From: Fimbriiglobus ruber
GTDB taxonomy: Bacteria > Planctomycetota > Planctomycetia > Gemmatales > Gemmataceae
Reading direction: 5' to 3'
Assembly: GCF_002197845.1 (NCBI RefSeq)
Contig: NZ_NIDE01000017.1
Coordinates: 386,712 to 418,711 of the forward strand
DNA: 32,000 nucleotides
Shown here: positions 1 to 8,445 of the stretch, piece after piece
Numbering within the stretch: the first letter of the stretch is position 1
Layout: each line of letters starts with the position of its first letter
The notes under the pieces: model-generated
Seen by the model: the letters and a program-made list of their open reading frames with translations, nothing else
Databases searched by the model: none
Told to the model about the DNA's origin: nothing
Position numbers and translations under genes: made by a program

Positions 1-106
1 CGGCCCGGGTCAAGGCGACGTGCATCAGTTTGGCGTCCGCGGCCGGGTCCGCGTCGGCGAACGTCCAGGGTTCCGCTTCGTCGAATACACGTGCGGCCCC
101 GGGCAT
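1..106 (-). CDS. N-terminal fragment of a CDS running off the left edge (MPGAARVFDEAEPWTFADADPAADAKLMHVALTRA...)
   Basis: ATG on the minus strand at 106 preceded by an AGGAAG-like RBS; open frame to the edge. 'LMHVALTRA' resembles the N-terminus of deaminase-type proteins (RibD/TadA-like), but too little is present to assign. Confidence 0.4.
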   Translation of the reverse strand, partial: MPGAARVFDEAEPWTFADADPAADAKLMHVALTRA

Positions 107-937
107 GCTTCCTGCTGTGTTATGCACTCGTCCGGAACCACCCTCGTGAGAGAACGTCATGTCGGACCGCTTCCTCTGGACCGTCTTGCTGCTCCCTGGC
201 TTCCGTCCGCCACAGCTCAGAAGTCGGACGACCTCCACGTCGAAAAGATCGAGGTTCCCAAAGTCGCGGACGCGAGCGGGAAGCGACCGGACCTCGCCGG
301 GGCGGCGAAAGCCGTCGTCGAGGCGACCAACGCGTTCCGGAAAACGAACGCCCGGGGCGCCGTTCCGGCCGACGCGAAACTGACCGCCGCCGCCCAGTCG
401 TTCGCGGACTACATGGCTCGGACGGACGAGTACGGCCACGGGGCCGACGGGAACAACCCGGGCGAGCGAGCGAAGCAGCACGGGTACGACTACTGTCTGA
501 TCGGGGAGAACATCGCGTACGCCTTCGACTCGAAGGGGTTCGAGACCCGCCCGCTCGCCGACACGTTCGCGACCGGGTGGGAGAAGTCGCCGCCGCACCG
601 GCGGAACATGCTCGACCCGGACGTGACCGCGACCGGGGTGGCGGTCGCCCGGAGCGAGACCACCGGGTACTACTACGCGGTCCAGTTGTTCGGCCGGCCG
701 AAGTCGGCGGCCATCGTCTTCAAGGTGGAGAACCGGTCGGATGCGGGCGTGGCCTACAAACTCGGCGACGCGAAGTTCGACCTCCCCCCGCGCGTAATTC
801 GGACCCACACCGTGTGTCGCCCGCCGGAGTTGACGTTCACCTGGTCCGACGGGAAGACGCGGGATGTCAAGCCACTTGGGGGCGACCGGCTTGTCGTCAC
901 CAAGACTCGCGACGAGTTTTCGGTGACCAAAGAGTAG
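20..937 (+). CDS. CAP/SCP (allergen V5/PR-1-like) domain secreted protein; true start uncertain, possible 5' frameshift
   Basis: ATNAFRKTNARGAVPADAKLTAAAQSFADYMARTDEYGHGADGNNPGERAKQHGYDYCLIGENIAYAF...GWEKSPPHRRNMLDPDVTATGVAVARSETTGYYYAVQLFG matches the CAP domain pattern (HG..., GENI, W..S..H..N...). The signal-like N-terminus lies in another frame at 159. Confidence 0.75.
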   Translation: MHQFGVRGRVRVGERPGFRFVEYTCGPGHASCCVMHSSGTTLVRERHVGPLPLDRLAAPWLPSATAQKSDDLHVEKIEVPKVADASGKRPDLAGAAKAVVEATNAFRKTNARGAVPADAKLTAAAQSFADYMARTDEYGHGADGNNPGERAKQHGYDYCLIGENIAYAFDSKGFETRPLADTFATGWEKSPPHRRNMLDPDVTATGVAVARSETTGYYYAVQLFGRPKSAAIVFKVENRSDAGVAYKLGDAKFDLPPRVIRTHTVCRPPELTFTWSDGKTRDVKPLGGDRLVVTKTRDEFSVTKE

Positions 938-1169
938 AGGAGCATTCGGGGCGAACTGCGGCTATTCTCGAACACTGCGACACGGCCGGGCGCGCGGGTT
1001 CGCAAGATATGCTTCGCGCGGAGTTCGAGACCGGTCTGATCGTCGAGTGTCGGATAACTTCGGTGTGGGCGGACGTCGGACTTGCGACCGATAGTGTGAT
1101 TTTGCGTCCACGATTAATCCTTAACCAAGCGTCGCCATTGGCAAATTGACGTTGGAGAAAAACGAAAAG

Positions 1170-1246
1170 CTTGAAATCCTTCGTGTTTTCCGGTGTTTGT
1201 AGGGTTGCAGAGTCCACAACCACCGGAAAACACGAAGGATTTCAAG
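1170..1246. repeat. Perfect 26-bp inverted repeat (hairpin) directly abutting the transposase start
   Basis: Arm CTTGAAATCCTTCGTGTTTTCCGGTG at 1170-1195 and its exact reverse complement at 1221-1246, with a 25-nt spacer. Confidence 0.95.
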
Positions 1247-2775
1247 TGAAACCTATCTTCCGCCGCTGGTTCCAAAAAGGCAAGGCCCGCATCGCTCGCC
1301 GACTCGATCAAACGCGCAATCCGCTCAGCCCCGAGCCCGTGCTCAAAGCCCGCAACATCCACTATGAGGTCTCCGACAAAGCCCAGGCCATCCACTGCGG
1401 TGGCATCGGCCTCATCCATGCGCTGGGTCAACGATTCGGGCTCGCCAAGACCATCGACCAAAAACTTCATCTGCTCAAATTCCACGTCCCGTATCACGAA
1501 TCCGATCACGTCCTCACCCTCGCCTACAACCCGCTCTGCGGCGGCACCTGCCTTCAAGACCTCGAACTCCTCCGCAACGACGAGACCTTCCTCAACGCCC
1601 TGGACGCGCGACGCATCCCCGACCCCACCACCGCCGGCGACTTCTGCCGCCGCTTCTTGGCGTCCGACGTCGAAGCGCTGATCGACGCGATCAACGAGGT
1701 CCGTCGTCGCGTCTGGGCCGAGCAACCCGAGTCGTTCTTCGACTGCGCGACGATCGATCTGGATGGCACCCTCGTCGGGACCACCGGTCCGTGCAAGGAG
1801 GGAATGGACATCGCCTACGACGGCACCTGGGGTTATCACCCGCTGGTCGTTTCGCTGGCCGAGACCGGGGAGGTCCTCAGCATCGTGAATCGTCCGGGGA
1901 ATCGCCCGTCGCACGAGGGCGCGGCCCGGGAAGTCAACCGCTCGCTGGTGTTGTGCCTCGAGGCCGGTTTTCGCACGGTCCTCTTGCGGGGCGACACCGA
2001 TTTCTCGCAGACCCAGTATCTGGATGGCTGGAATGCCATCCGCAAGACGCGGTTCCTTTTCGGTTACGATGCCGTGCCCACTCTGGTGCGGAAAGCCGAG
2101 GAACTCCCGGACCACGCGTGGCGGCGGCTGACCCGCCCCGCCCGTTACCACGTGAACACGCAACCGCGGCGGACGCCGGAAAACGTCAAGGCCAGGATCG
2201 TGACGGAGCGGGAGTACGAGACGCTCCGTTTGGACTCGGAAGACATCGCCGAGTTCGAGTATCGGCCCACCGCCTGCCGCCAGAAGTACCGGATGGTGGT
2301 GATCCGCAAGAACATCACCAAGGCGAAAGGCGAGGCGGCACTGTTCGATGAGGTGCGTTACTTCTTTTACATCACGAACGAGCGGCAGTGGTCGGCGGAC
2401 GCGATTGTGTTCTCGGCCAATGACCGGTGCCACCAGGAGAACCTGCACGCCCAGTTGAAGAGCGGCGTGCGGGCGTTGCGGGCGCCGGTGGACACGCTGG
2501 AAAGCAACTGGGCGTACATGGTGATGACGGCACTGGGCTGGAACGTGAAGGCGTGGTGGGCGTTGTCGTTGCCGGAACCGCCGGGCCGCTGGCGAGACAA
2601 GTATCGTCAGGAGAAGCGGTGGGTGTTGGGTTTGGAGTTCCGGAGTTTCGTCCACGCATTCGTCGGGCTGCCGTGCCAGGTTCTCCGGACGGGCCGCAAG
2701 CTAGTTTATCGTCTGTTGAGTTGGAACCCTCATTTACGGGTCTTCTTCCGACTGGTCGAGACGTTGAACTGTTGA
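1246..2775 (+). CDS. IS1380-family-like DDE transposase (ORF track start 1171; a GTG start at 1246 is more plausible)
   Basis: HCGGIGLIHALGQRFGLAKTIDQKLHLLKFHVPYHESDHVLTLAYNPLCGGTCLQDLELLRND..LNALDARRIPDPTTAGDFCRRF...DLDGTLVGTTGPCKEGMDIAYDGTWGYHPLVVSLAETGEVL is typical of IS1380 transposases. VKPIFRRWF starts at GTG 1246. Confidence 0.85.
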   Translation: MKPIFRRWFQKGKARIARRLDQTRNPLSPEPVLKARNIHYEVSDKAQAIHCGGIGLIHALGQRFGLAKTIDQKLHLLKFHVPYHESDHVLTLAYNPLCGGTCLQDLELLRNDETFLNALDARRIPDPTTAGDFCRRFLASDVEALIDAINEVRRRVWAEQPESFFDCATIDLDGTLVGTTGPCKEGMDIAYDGTWGYHPLVVSLAETGEVLSIVNRPGNRPSHEGAAREVNRSLVLCLEAGFRTVLLRGDTDFSQTQYLDGWNAIRKTRFLFGYDAVPTLVRKAEELPDHAWRRLTRPARYHVNTQPRRTPENVKARIVTEREYETLRLDSEDIAEFEYRPTACRQKYRMVVIRKNITKAKGEAALFDEVRYFFYITNERQWSADAIVFSANDRCHQENLHAQLKSGVRALRAPVDTLESNWAYMVMTALGWNVKAWWALSLPEPPGRWRDKYRQEKRWVLGLEFRSFVHAFVGLPCQVLRTGRKLVYRLLSWNPHLRVFFRLVETLNC

Positions 2776-3126
2776 GGCCTGGCAACCCGAAGTCGGGATC
2801 TGGATGTCCCGATCCGCAACGGCGCCGAAAGCGATCGCGCGAAACGGAGGCTGAATACTCGGGTTGTTGAAGGAGATATAACAATGAAGAAGCCCACTCT
2901 CATGAGTGGGGCCAGAGATGATATGCAATTTACCAGAGCGACATTGCCTACATCGTGATCGCAATCGCCCTCGCTTGTTTAAGGACTAGGCAGGCCGATA
3001 TCTTCAACTTTCGGATTCGTCTGACCATTCCAACTGTTGTGCCGGCGCGATGTGCTTGCGGATTCGTGCGGCGACGTTCGATGAGTTACAGGTGGGGATC
3101 ACGTCGGCACGACCCGCCCGCCAACC

Positions 3127-3624
3127 TCACGCCGGCCGCCATTCATACGTCGCGGATTGGCCGACGTTCTCCTCGACTTCGACGCGGAGGGCGTCCGGCG
3201 TAAACGCGTGGTGTTTGCGGAGGGAGTCGAGCAACCGGCCGGCGATGTACCGGGCGAGCAGTTCGGCCGTCGTGTTCTCGATCGGCAGCAGCACGCAGTC
3301 GCCGCGGGGGAACACCCACTCGCGATCCTTGTACGCGACCCGCACGTTGGCCGGGTGTTCGTCCACCCGGATGACCGGGTTGCGGGTGGCCAGGAGCATG
3401 TGGTGGTCGAGTTCGTCGGTGATCGTTTTGGTCCGGGCCTTGAGGGCGACGAAGTCGAACACGTAGAAGTCGGTGGCGTTCAGCGGCCCCTCGACCTCGA
3501 CGGCTGCCCGGTAGTTGTGGCCGTGCAACCGCTCGCAGCGGTGCCCTTCGTAACTGATGAAGTGTCCGCAGCAGAAGACGAGGTGGTCTTTGGTGACGCG
3601 GACTTTGAACCGTTCGGTGCCCAT
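3127..3624 (-). CDS. 6-pyruvoyl-tetrahydropterin synthase (PTPS/QueD)-like protein
   Basis: KDHLVFCCGHFISYEGHRCERLHGHNYRAAVEVEG...DFYVFDFVALKARTKTITDELDHHMLL...ENTTAELLARYI contains the zinc-binding His set and HGHNY of the PTPS family. Internal Met start at 3624 (ORF track 3705). Confidence 0.85.
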   Translation of the reverse strand: MGTERFKVRVTKDHLVFCCGHFISYEGHRCERLHGHNYRAAVEVEGPLNATDFYVFDFVALKARTKTITDELDHHMLLATRNPVIRVDEHPANVRVAYKDREWVFPRGDCVLLPIENTTAELLARYIAGRLLDSLRKHHAFTPDALRVEVEENVGQSATYEWRPA

Positions 3625-3626
3625 GA

Positions 3627-4508
3627 TTACAGCCAGTCCTGGACCTGCCAACGGAACGGGGCGGAGGGTGCTACCATATTCTCCCGCAGGGCCACAAACA
3701 AGCAAGCCGTCACGAGATCGGCCGTCGTCCCCGGGTTGAGCTTGTTCCCGTCCGACCGCAGGTGCCGGTCGAGCGCGACCCCGGCCGCCCGGCCCGCGGG
3801 CGTTTCGAGGCCGCCCAGTTCGAGGACGTGGGCGACCCGCGCTTGTACGTCAGTCGCGGTTTCGGCCCCTTTTTTCCGGGCGATCAGGCTGTCGGGGAAC
3901 CGCGCGAGCCAGCGTAACTGGCAGTCGATAATCGCCGCCTCGACGCAGCCGAACCGCGCGAACGCGGCCACGAACGCGGGCGCGCCGAAGTCAAAGACAT
4001 CCGCGAAGCCGTTCGCGTACTGTCGGGCGATCATGTCGCGGTCGGCGGCAAGTTTCATCGCTTCGAGTAGCGTGACGGTCGGCGCGTCGCGGACGTCCTG
4101 CTCCGGGGCGTCACCGAGACCGCCGGGGTTAGCGAGGCGGATGGCCCGGTAGACCTCGCTCGTGTCGTCCGTTGTCAGGTTCGACAGTACCGATGCGAGC
4201 CCCGGCCGAAGTATTTCTTCCCCGGAAGTCGCGGCGAACGGGGCAAGCAGCAAGACGATGCCAAGATTCGTATTCTGCCCGACCAGACCTTGCGTCGCTT
4301 CGACTGCGAGGGCAACCGTTGTGCCGACGGGCCGATGCGGTTCGAGATCGAACGGGCAAGCGATGGCCGCCGCGCTTAATAGGAAGTCCAGATAAGTCGT
4401 GCCGTCGAAGTCTTTGTACCTGTGGACGTTACCCATCTTCCGGGCTGTGGCTTCCCACACGCAGGCGATCTGGGCCATGTTGCCGGTCGTCAATTTCGCC
4501 CGCGTCAC
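3627..4508 (-). CDS. Triphosphoribosyl-dephospho-CoA synthase (CitG)-like protein
   Basis: ARKMGNVHRYKDFDGTTYLDFLLSAAAIACPF...TVALAVEATQGLVGQNTNLGIVLLLAPFAA is the CitG-family GNVHR and NTNLGI...L signature. Confidence 0.8.
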   Translation of the reverse strand: MTRAKLTTGNMAQIACVWEATARKMGNVHRYKDFDGTTYLDFLLSAAAIACPFDLEPHRPVGTTVALAVEATQGLVGQNTNLGIVLLLAPFAATSGEEILRPGLASVLSNLTTDDTSEVYRAIRLANPGGLGDAPEQDVRDAPTVTLLEAMKLAADRDMIARQYANGFADVFDFGAPAFVAAFARFGCVEAAIIDCQLRWLARFPDSLIARKKGAETATDVQARVAHVLELGGLETPAGRAAGVALDRHLRSDGNKLNPGTTADLVTACLFVALRENMVAPSAPFRWQVQDWL

Positions 4509-5374
4509 GCCTGGTACTCCTCGGCCAGAAACCGCACGACTGCCGTTGCCACGTCCAGATCACACGCGGCCGACAGTGCCCGCCACCCCGGAACGGCGTT
4601 CACCTCGATCACGTACCACTCGCCCCGCGGCCCCGGCAGCAGGTCGACGCCGGCGACCGCCGCGCCGACGGCCCGGGCCGCCCGCACCGCGAGGTCGCGT
4701 TCTGGGACGGCGAGTTCCATTCGCTCGGCCGCGCCGCCCTGGGCGACGTTCGTCCGCCAGTCGTCGCGGGACGTGCGCCGCATGGCCGCGACGACCCGCC
4801 CGCCGATCACGAACGCCCGCGCGTCCCACCCCGGATGGCGGATGAATTGCTGCAAATAGAGGACGCCACCGGTCTGCTCGATCGCCCGGAAGGTCCGCCA
4901 CGCGAGTTCCGGGTCGGAGACACGGACCATCCCCCGCCCTTCCGCCCCAAACAGCGGCTTCACCACCACGTCCCCACCCAGGGCGTCGAATGCGGCGAGA
5001 GCGTCGTCGGCCCGCTGGCAGGCGACGGTCACCGGCACGGGTAGCCCCGCGCGGACGAACCGGACGTTGGCCAGATACTTGTCGACGCAGGCTTCGACCG
5101 CGCGGGGTGGGTTCAGCACGCGGACGCCGTTGGCCGCCGCCGCGTGGAGCAAATCCATGCGGAACACGATCTGTTCGAGCGACCCGGCCGGCATGGTGCG
5201 GACGATCGCCCCGTCGTACCCGGCAAGCGCGTCAGTTGTCCCGGTGACGCCCGGGGCCGCGGCGGACAGCCGGCGGAAATCGAGGACGTCCGCGTGGTGC
5301 CCAAGGTCGGCAGCCGCCCGCGCGAGATCCTGGACGTGCCACCCGGTCCCGCCGGACAAGATCGCGACGCGCAT
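4505..5374 (-). CDS. RimK-like ATP-grasp ligase (possible MptN-like glutamate ligase)
   Basis: MRVAILSGGTGWHVQDLARAAADLG...NPPRAVEACVDKYLANVRFVRAGLPVPVTV...GGDVVVKPLFGAEGRGMVRV...LYLQQFIRHPGWDARAFVIGGRVVAAMRR...VDLLPGPRGEWYVIEVNAVPGWRAL. Overlaps the downstream gene by 4 nt. Confidence 0.82.
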   Translation of the reverse strand: MRVAILSGGTGWHVQDLARAAADLGHHADVLDFRRLSAAAPGVTGTTDALAGYDGAIVRTMPAGSLEQIVFRMDLLHAAAANGVRVLNPPRAVEACVDKYLANVRFVRAGLPVPVTVACQRADDALAAFDALGGDVVVKPLFGAEGRGMVRVSDPELAWRTFRAIEQTGGVLYLQQFIRHPGWDARAFVIGGRVVAAMRRTSRDDWRTNVAQGGAAERMELAVPERDLAVRAARAVGAAVAGVDLLPGPRGEWYVIEVNAVPGWRALSAACDLDVATAVVRFLAEEYQA

Positions 5375-5504
5375 GCGGAGCCCTGGAGGGTGGGGGGTGC
5401 GGTGGATTATTGTAGAAGGCTGTCGTCTTGGCCAAGATGTCTGGCATCAGACCAGAGAATTGGCTGGCACGAATCCGTGGGTTACACAAAATCCGAAGGC
5501 TGGC

Positions 5505-5972
5505 ATGGCGTTATTACGGTTTACCAACCCGACCGACATCCCGGCCTACAGCGGCTGGGAATTCAAGGTTTATGCCGCGGAGATCGCCCTCCGCGCCGAA
5601 GACATGAGAGACGCGTATGCCGCTTACATGGAAAACCACCGCCGCCGCTTTAGCAATATTCCCAAAGACTGGGGGCGGTACGCAGAGGCCCAACGGGTTG
5701 CCGAATTACTTGCCATGATGAACGAAGCGTGCGAAGTCGACAAGGACGTGATGCTCGACGGGCGCGATTACGTTTGGTCGTTTTCGTCGGGTCTGATGTT
5801 CGAGAAACGATTCGTCTCTGTCACCTGCCCGGAGTGTCACCGGGAGTTAAGCCCCGAGGAATGCCGGGTGCTGGTATGGTCCTACGGCGGCGGATTAGCG
5901 GCGGAGGGCGGTCGCCGTGTGGTGTGTCTCGCCGGCCATACCCTTTATTCGTGCGGTGAGTGGAACTCGTAA
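5505..5972 (+). CDS. Hypothetical protein (155 aa) with a CPEC... zinc-ribbon-like C-terminus
   Basis: MALLRFTNPTDIPAYSGWEFKVYAAEIALRAEDMRDAYAAYMENHRRRF... with TCPECHRELSPEECRVLV...VVCLAGHTLYSCGEW. Start chosen at the internal ATG 5505; upstream residues of the ORF (from 5067) lie antisense to the ATP-grasp gene. Confidence 0.65.
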   Translation: MALLRFTNPTDIPAYSGWEFKVYAAEIALRAEDMRDAYAAYMENHRRRFSNIPKDWGRYAEAQRVAELLAMMNEACEVDKDVMLDGRDYVWSFSSGLMFEKRFVSVTCPECHRELSPEECRVLVWSYGGGLAAEGGRRVVCLAGHTLYSCGEWNS

Positions 5973-6014
5973 CGCTAAACTTGAGCCGGATCGTGAACGG
6001 CCGGGAACGAAAAT

Positions 6015-6347
6015 ATGTCGCTCGATTACCCCTATTACGAAGAGTTGTGCCGTCGGAAGCACCGGGCCGCTTGGTGGTGGCGGATCGGCGACACGCTGTA
6101 CTATCTGGGTCTGTTGCCTGCCATGTTTGCCATACCCGGCGCGGGGTTCGCATTCGTCGCCGGGCTGTCGGGCTTTGGCTGGCACTGGCTGTTGCTTTCA
6201 GCAATCGCGTTTGGGGGCGGGGCAGTGGTATTTGTCGTTGGATCATCGCTCAAGGGGCACGCTTACAGGTTGGCCGAGCGAGATGGCATCCTGTCCTCCG
6301 AGGTATACGCGCGCGGTGCCGGCGATGGCGGAACAGAAGTGAAATAA
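6015..6347 (+). CDS. Small membrane protein (two predicted TM helices)
   Basis: MSLDYPYYEELCRRKHRAAWWWRIGDTLYYLGLLPAMFAIPGAGFAFVAGLSGFGWHWLLLSAIAFGGGAVVFVVGSSLKGHAYRLAERDG; two hydrophobic segments. Confidence 0.65.
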   Translation: MSLDYPYYEELCRRKHRAAWWWRIGDTLYYLGLLPAMFAIPGAGFAFVAGLSGFGWHWLLLSAIAFGGGAVVFVVGSSLKGHAYRLAERDGILSSEVYARGAGDGGTEVK

Positions 6348-6394
6348 CGCACGACGACTGAGGGACTCGGCTCAAGAACATCGGAGGTAAGGCC

Positions 6395-6730
6395 ATGACG
6401 CAGGCAATCAGTGAGCCGGACTGGAAGCTCTTTCGCCACTTACACGCGGTCGCCCTCGATCGTTTCTGTTATCGAGTACTCGCCGAGGTGAATCGTATCA
6501 CCGCCGACTCGTCCCTGACCCATCATGCCCGCTATTTAGAGGTCGTCAAACTCGTCGACCGGCGGGATCGCGAGTGCGCGGAGTTGTTTGACGATCTGCG
6601 GCGGTCGACGGCCCTACTCCAACTCGCGCGCATCCGTTCCCTGGACTTGGTGACCGACGAAGAGTTCGCCCAATTCAGCCCCGAAACACGCGGGGTAGTG
6701 GAATCTATCCTTGAGATTCGGTCAGACTAA
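6395..6730 (+). CDS. Hypothetical protein (111 aa)
   Basis: ATG start 8 nt after AGGTAAGG; coherent, acidic, helical-looking protein MTQAISEPDWKLFRHLHAVALDRFCYRVLAEVNRITADSSLTHHARYLEVV... Confidence 0.6.
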   Translation: MTQAISEPDWKLFRHLHAVALDRFCYRVLAEVNRITADSSLTHHARYLEVVKLVDRRDRECAELFDDLRRSTALLQLARIRSLDLVTDEEFAQFSPETRGVVESILEIRSD

Positions 6731-6882
6731 AGCTTATGTCGACACCGGGCCGATGAGGGCCGACACGAGACGTGTCAAGCACATCGACCGGCGTTCGTAA
6801 AATCGCGGAGCCCTCGGCCGACCCGTGGCGGCCGACAGCCCGAGGCTTTCGAATTCTCAGTTTGCTTCTCCGTTCCCACGTC

Positions 6883-8430
6883 TCACCGCCGCGGCGGCAG
6901 CACTTCCGTGTTCGTCGTCGGCTTGTACACCGGGATCGCCCCTTCGAGCGGGACCGGGGGAATGGGGGCGACGGCCGGCGGCGCGGCTGGTTGCTGCGGG
7001 AGTGTGTTCCGGGTGGGTGCGATCGGGAGCGGAGCCGACGGCGGAAGCGGGGCGTCGGGCGACTCCTTGAGGCCGGTACTCGGGCGAACGATCCCGCCCG
7101 CGCCCAGCGTTTCCGGCCGGCGGGCGATCTTGTCCGCGAACACTTCCAGGTCGCGGGTGATCTTCTCCACCCGCGCCAGCGTCCGCGCCGCGCTCACCGT
7201 CGCGTCGTTCAGGTTGGCGAACAGCGACGGGTCGGTCAGCAACTTCTGAACAGTGCCCTCGCCGCTGCTCGCGGATTTGACCAGCGTTTGCACGTTAGCC
7301 AACATGCCGGACAACTGCTCGGACGCGGCCCGCAAGTTCTTCACCGTCTGGTCGACGTTCTGCACGATCCCGGGCGCGGCGTCGACCAGCGGCCGCGTGA
7401 CTTTTTCCACATTGTCGATCACCCGCTCGGTCTGCGCGATCCGGGCCTGAAGTTCCTTCAGTGTCGACTCGGCCTGGCCCGCGACCACGGCGACGAGCCG
7501 GATCATCTTCGTCAGGTCGTCGCTCGCCGCCTGGAGGTTTTTGAGCGTCGCCGAGAAAGCCTTGCGGTTTTCCGGGTTGAGCGCGTCGTTCGCGCTGTCC
7601 GCCGCATCACGGACAGACTTGAGCGTCTTATTCACGTCCGGGCCGTTCTCCTTCAGCATCGCCCGCAGGTCTTCGGCCGCGGGGCGGACGGTCTTCAACA
7701 AGTCGATGATCTCTTTCATCATCGCCCGCACCGTGACCGGCTCGTCTGGCGCGCCGGGGACGTTCGCACCGATCAGATCCTGGATGCGGGCGTTCGTCTG
7801 GCGGAGTTCCGGGACGATCTCCCGCCCGGTCCGAGCTAACCCGGCGACCTCGTCCAGCGCCCGCTCCGCTTTCGGGGCCACTCGTTCGAACCGCTCCATC
7901 GACTGGAGTAAGCGGGCGATCGATTCCTGGGCGGTGGGGATCACGCCCGAGGCTTCTTTGAGGAGGATCCGCGTGTTGACGGGCGGTACGCCTGGGATCT
8001 CGCTGTCCGGCGGGTAAGGCTCGCGGGAAACCACGGTCGCGATCTCGGCCGCCGACTTGGGCACGAAATCGATGGTCGTGTCGCCGCTGAGGATGCCGCG
8101 GGAGATCGCCGGTTCGTCGGTCGGCCGGGGCATGAATTTCTTTTCTACCTCCACCGCCACGCGAACCTGCCCGGTCTCCTCGTCCAGGTCGACCCCGCCC
8201 ACCTCGCCGATCCGCACGCCGGACTTCCGCACCGGCGTACCGGGGCCGACACCGGGGGCTTCCGGGAAGAGAAGCGTGTATTTCACGCGGTTCGACAAAA
8301 TGCCCGGCCGCCCGCCGAACAGCACGACGAGCGCGGACAGGACGAGCAACGACCCGCCCACGAAAATCCCGAGTCGTATCTTCGCGCGCCGCTCGGCCAT
8401 GACAGAAACCCTCAGTCGCTTGGAAGCCAA
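6883..8430 (-). CDS. mlaD: MlaD/MCE-domain substrate-binding protein with long helical C-terminus and Pro-rich tail
   Basis: RRAKIRLGIFVGGSLLVLSALVVLFGG...YTLLFPEAPGVGPGTPVRKSGVRIGEVGGVDLDEETGQVRVAVEVEKKF is an MCE domain; adjacent to mlaF and mlaE genes. Confidence 0.85.
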   Translation of the reverse strand: MASKRLRVSVMAERRAKIRLGIFVGGSLLVLSALVVLFGGRPGILSNRVKYTLLFPEAPGVGPGTPVRKSGVRIGEVGGVDLDEETGQVRVAVEVEKKFMPRPTDEPAISRGILSGDTTIDFVPKSAAEIATVVSREPYPPDSEIPGVPPVNTRILLKEASGVIPTAQESIARLLQSMERFERVAPKAERALDEVAGLARTGREIVPELRQTNARIQDLIGANVPGAPDEPVTVRAMMKEIIDLLKTVRPAAEDLRAMLKENGPDVNKTLKSVRDAADSANDALNPENRKAFSATLKNLQAASDDLTKMIRLVAVVAGQAESTLKELQARIAQTERVIDNVEKVTRPLVDAAPGIVQNVDQTVKNLRAASEQLSGMLANVQTLVKSASSGEGTVQKLLTDPSLFANLNDATVSAARTLARVEKITRDLEVFADKIARRPETLGAGGIVRPSTGLKESPDAPLPPSAPLPIAPTRNTLPQQPAAPPAVAPIPPVPLEGAIPVYKPTTNTEVLPPRR

Positions 8431-8445
8431 ACCCGCTTCGGGTTT

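Noticed and set aside
1114-2655. 513-aa minus-strand ORF over the IS1380-like transposase
   Set aside because: Antisense shadow of a clearly recognisable transposase; no family motifs of its own.
5067-5504. N-terminal extension of the 301-aa ORF 5067..5972
   Set aside because: This part lies antisense to the ATP-grasp gene and its promoter; MALLRFTN at 5505 is the plausible start.
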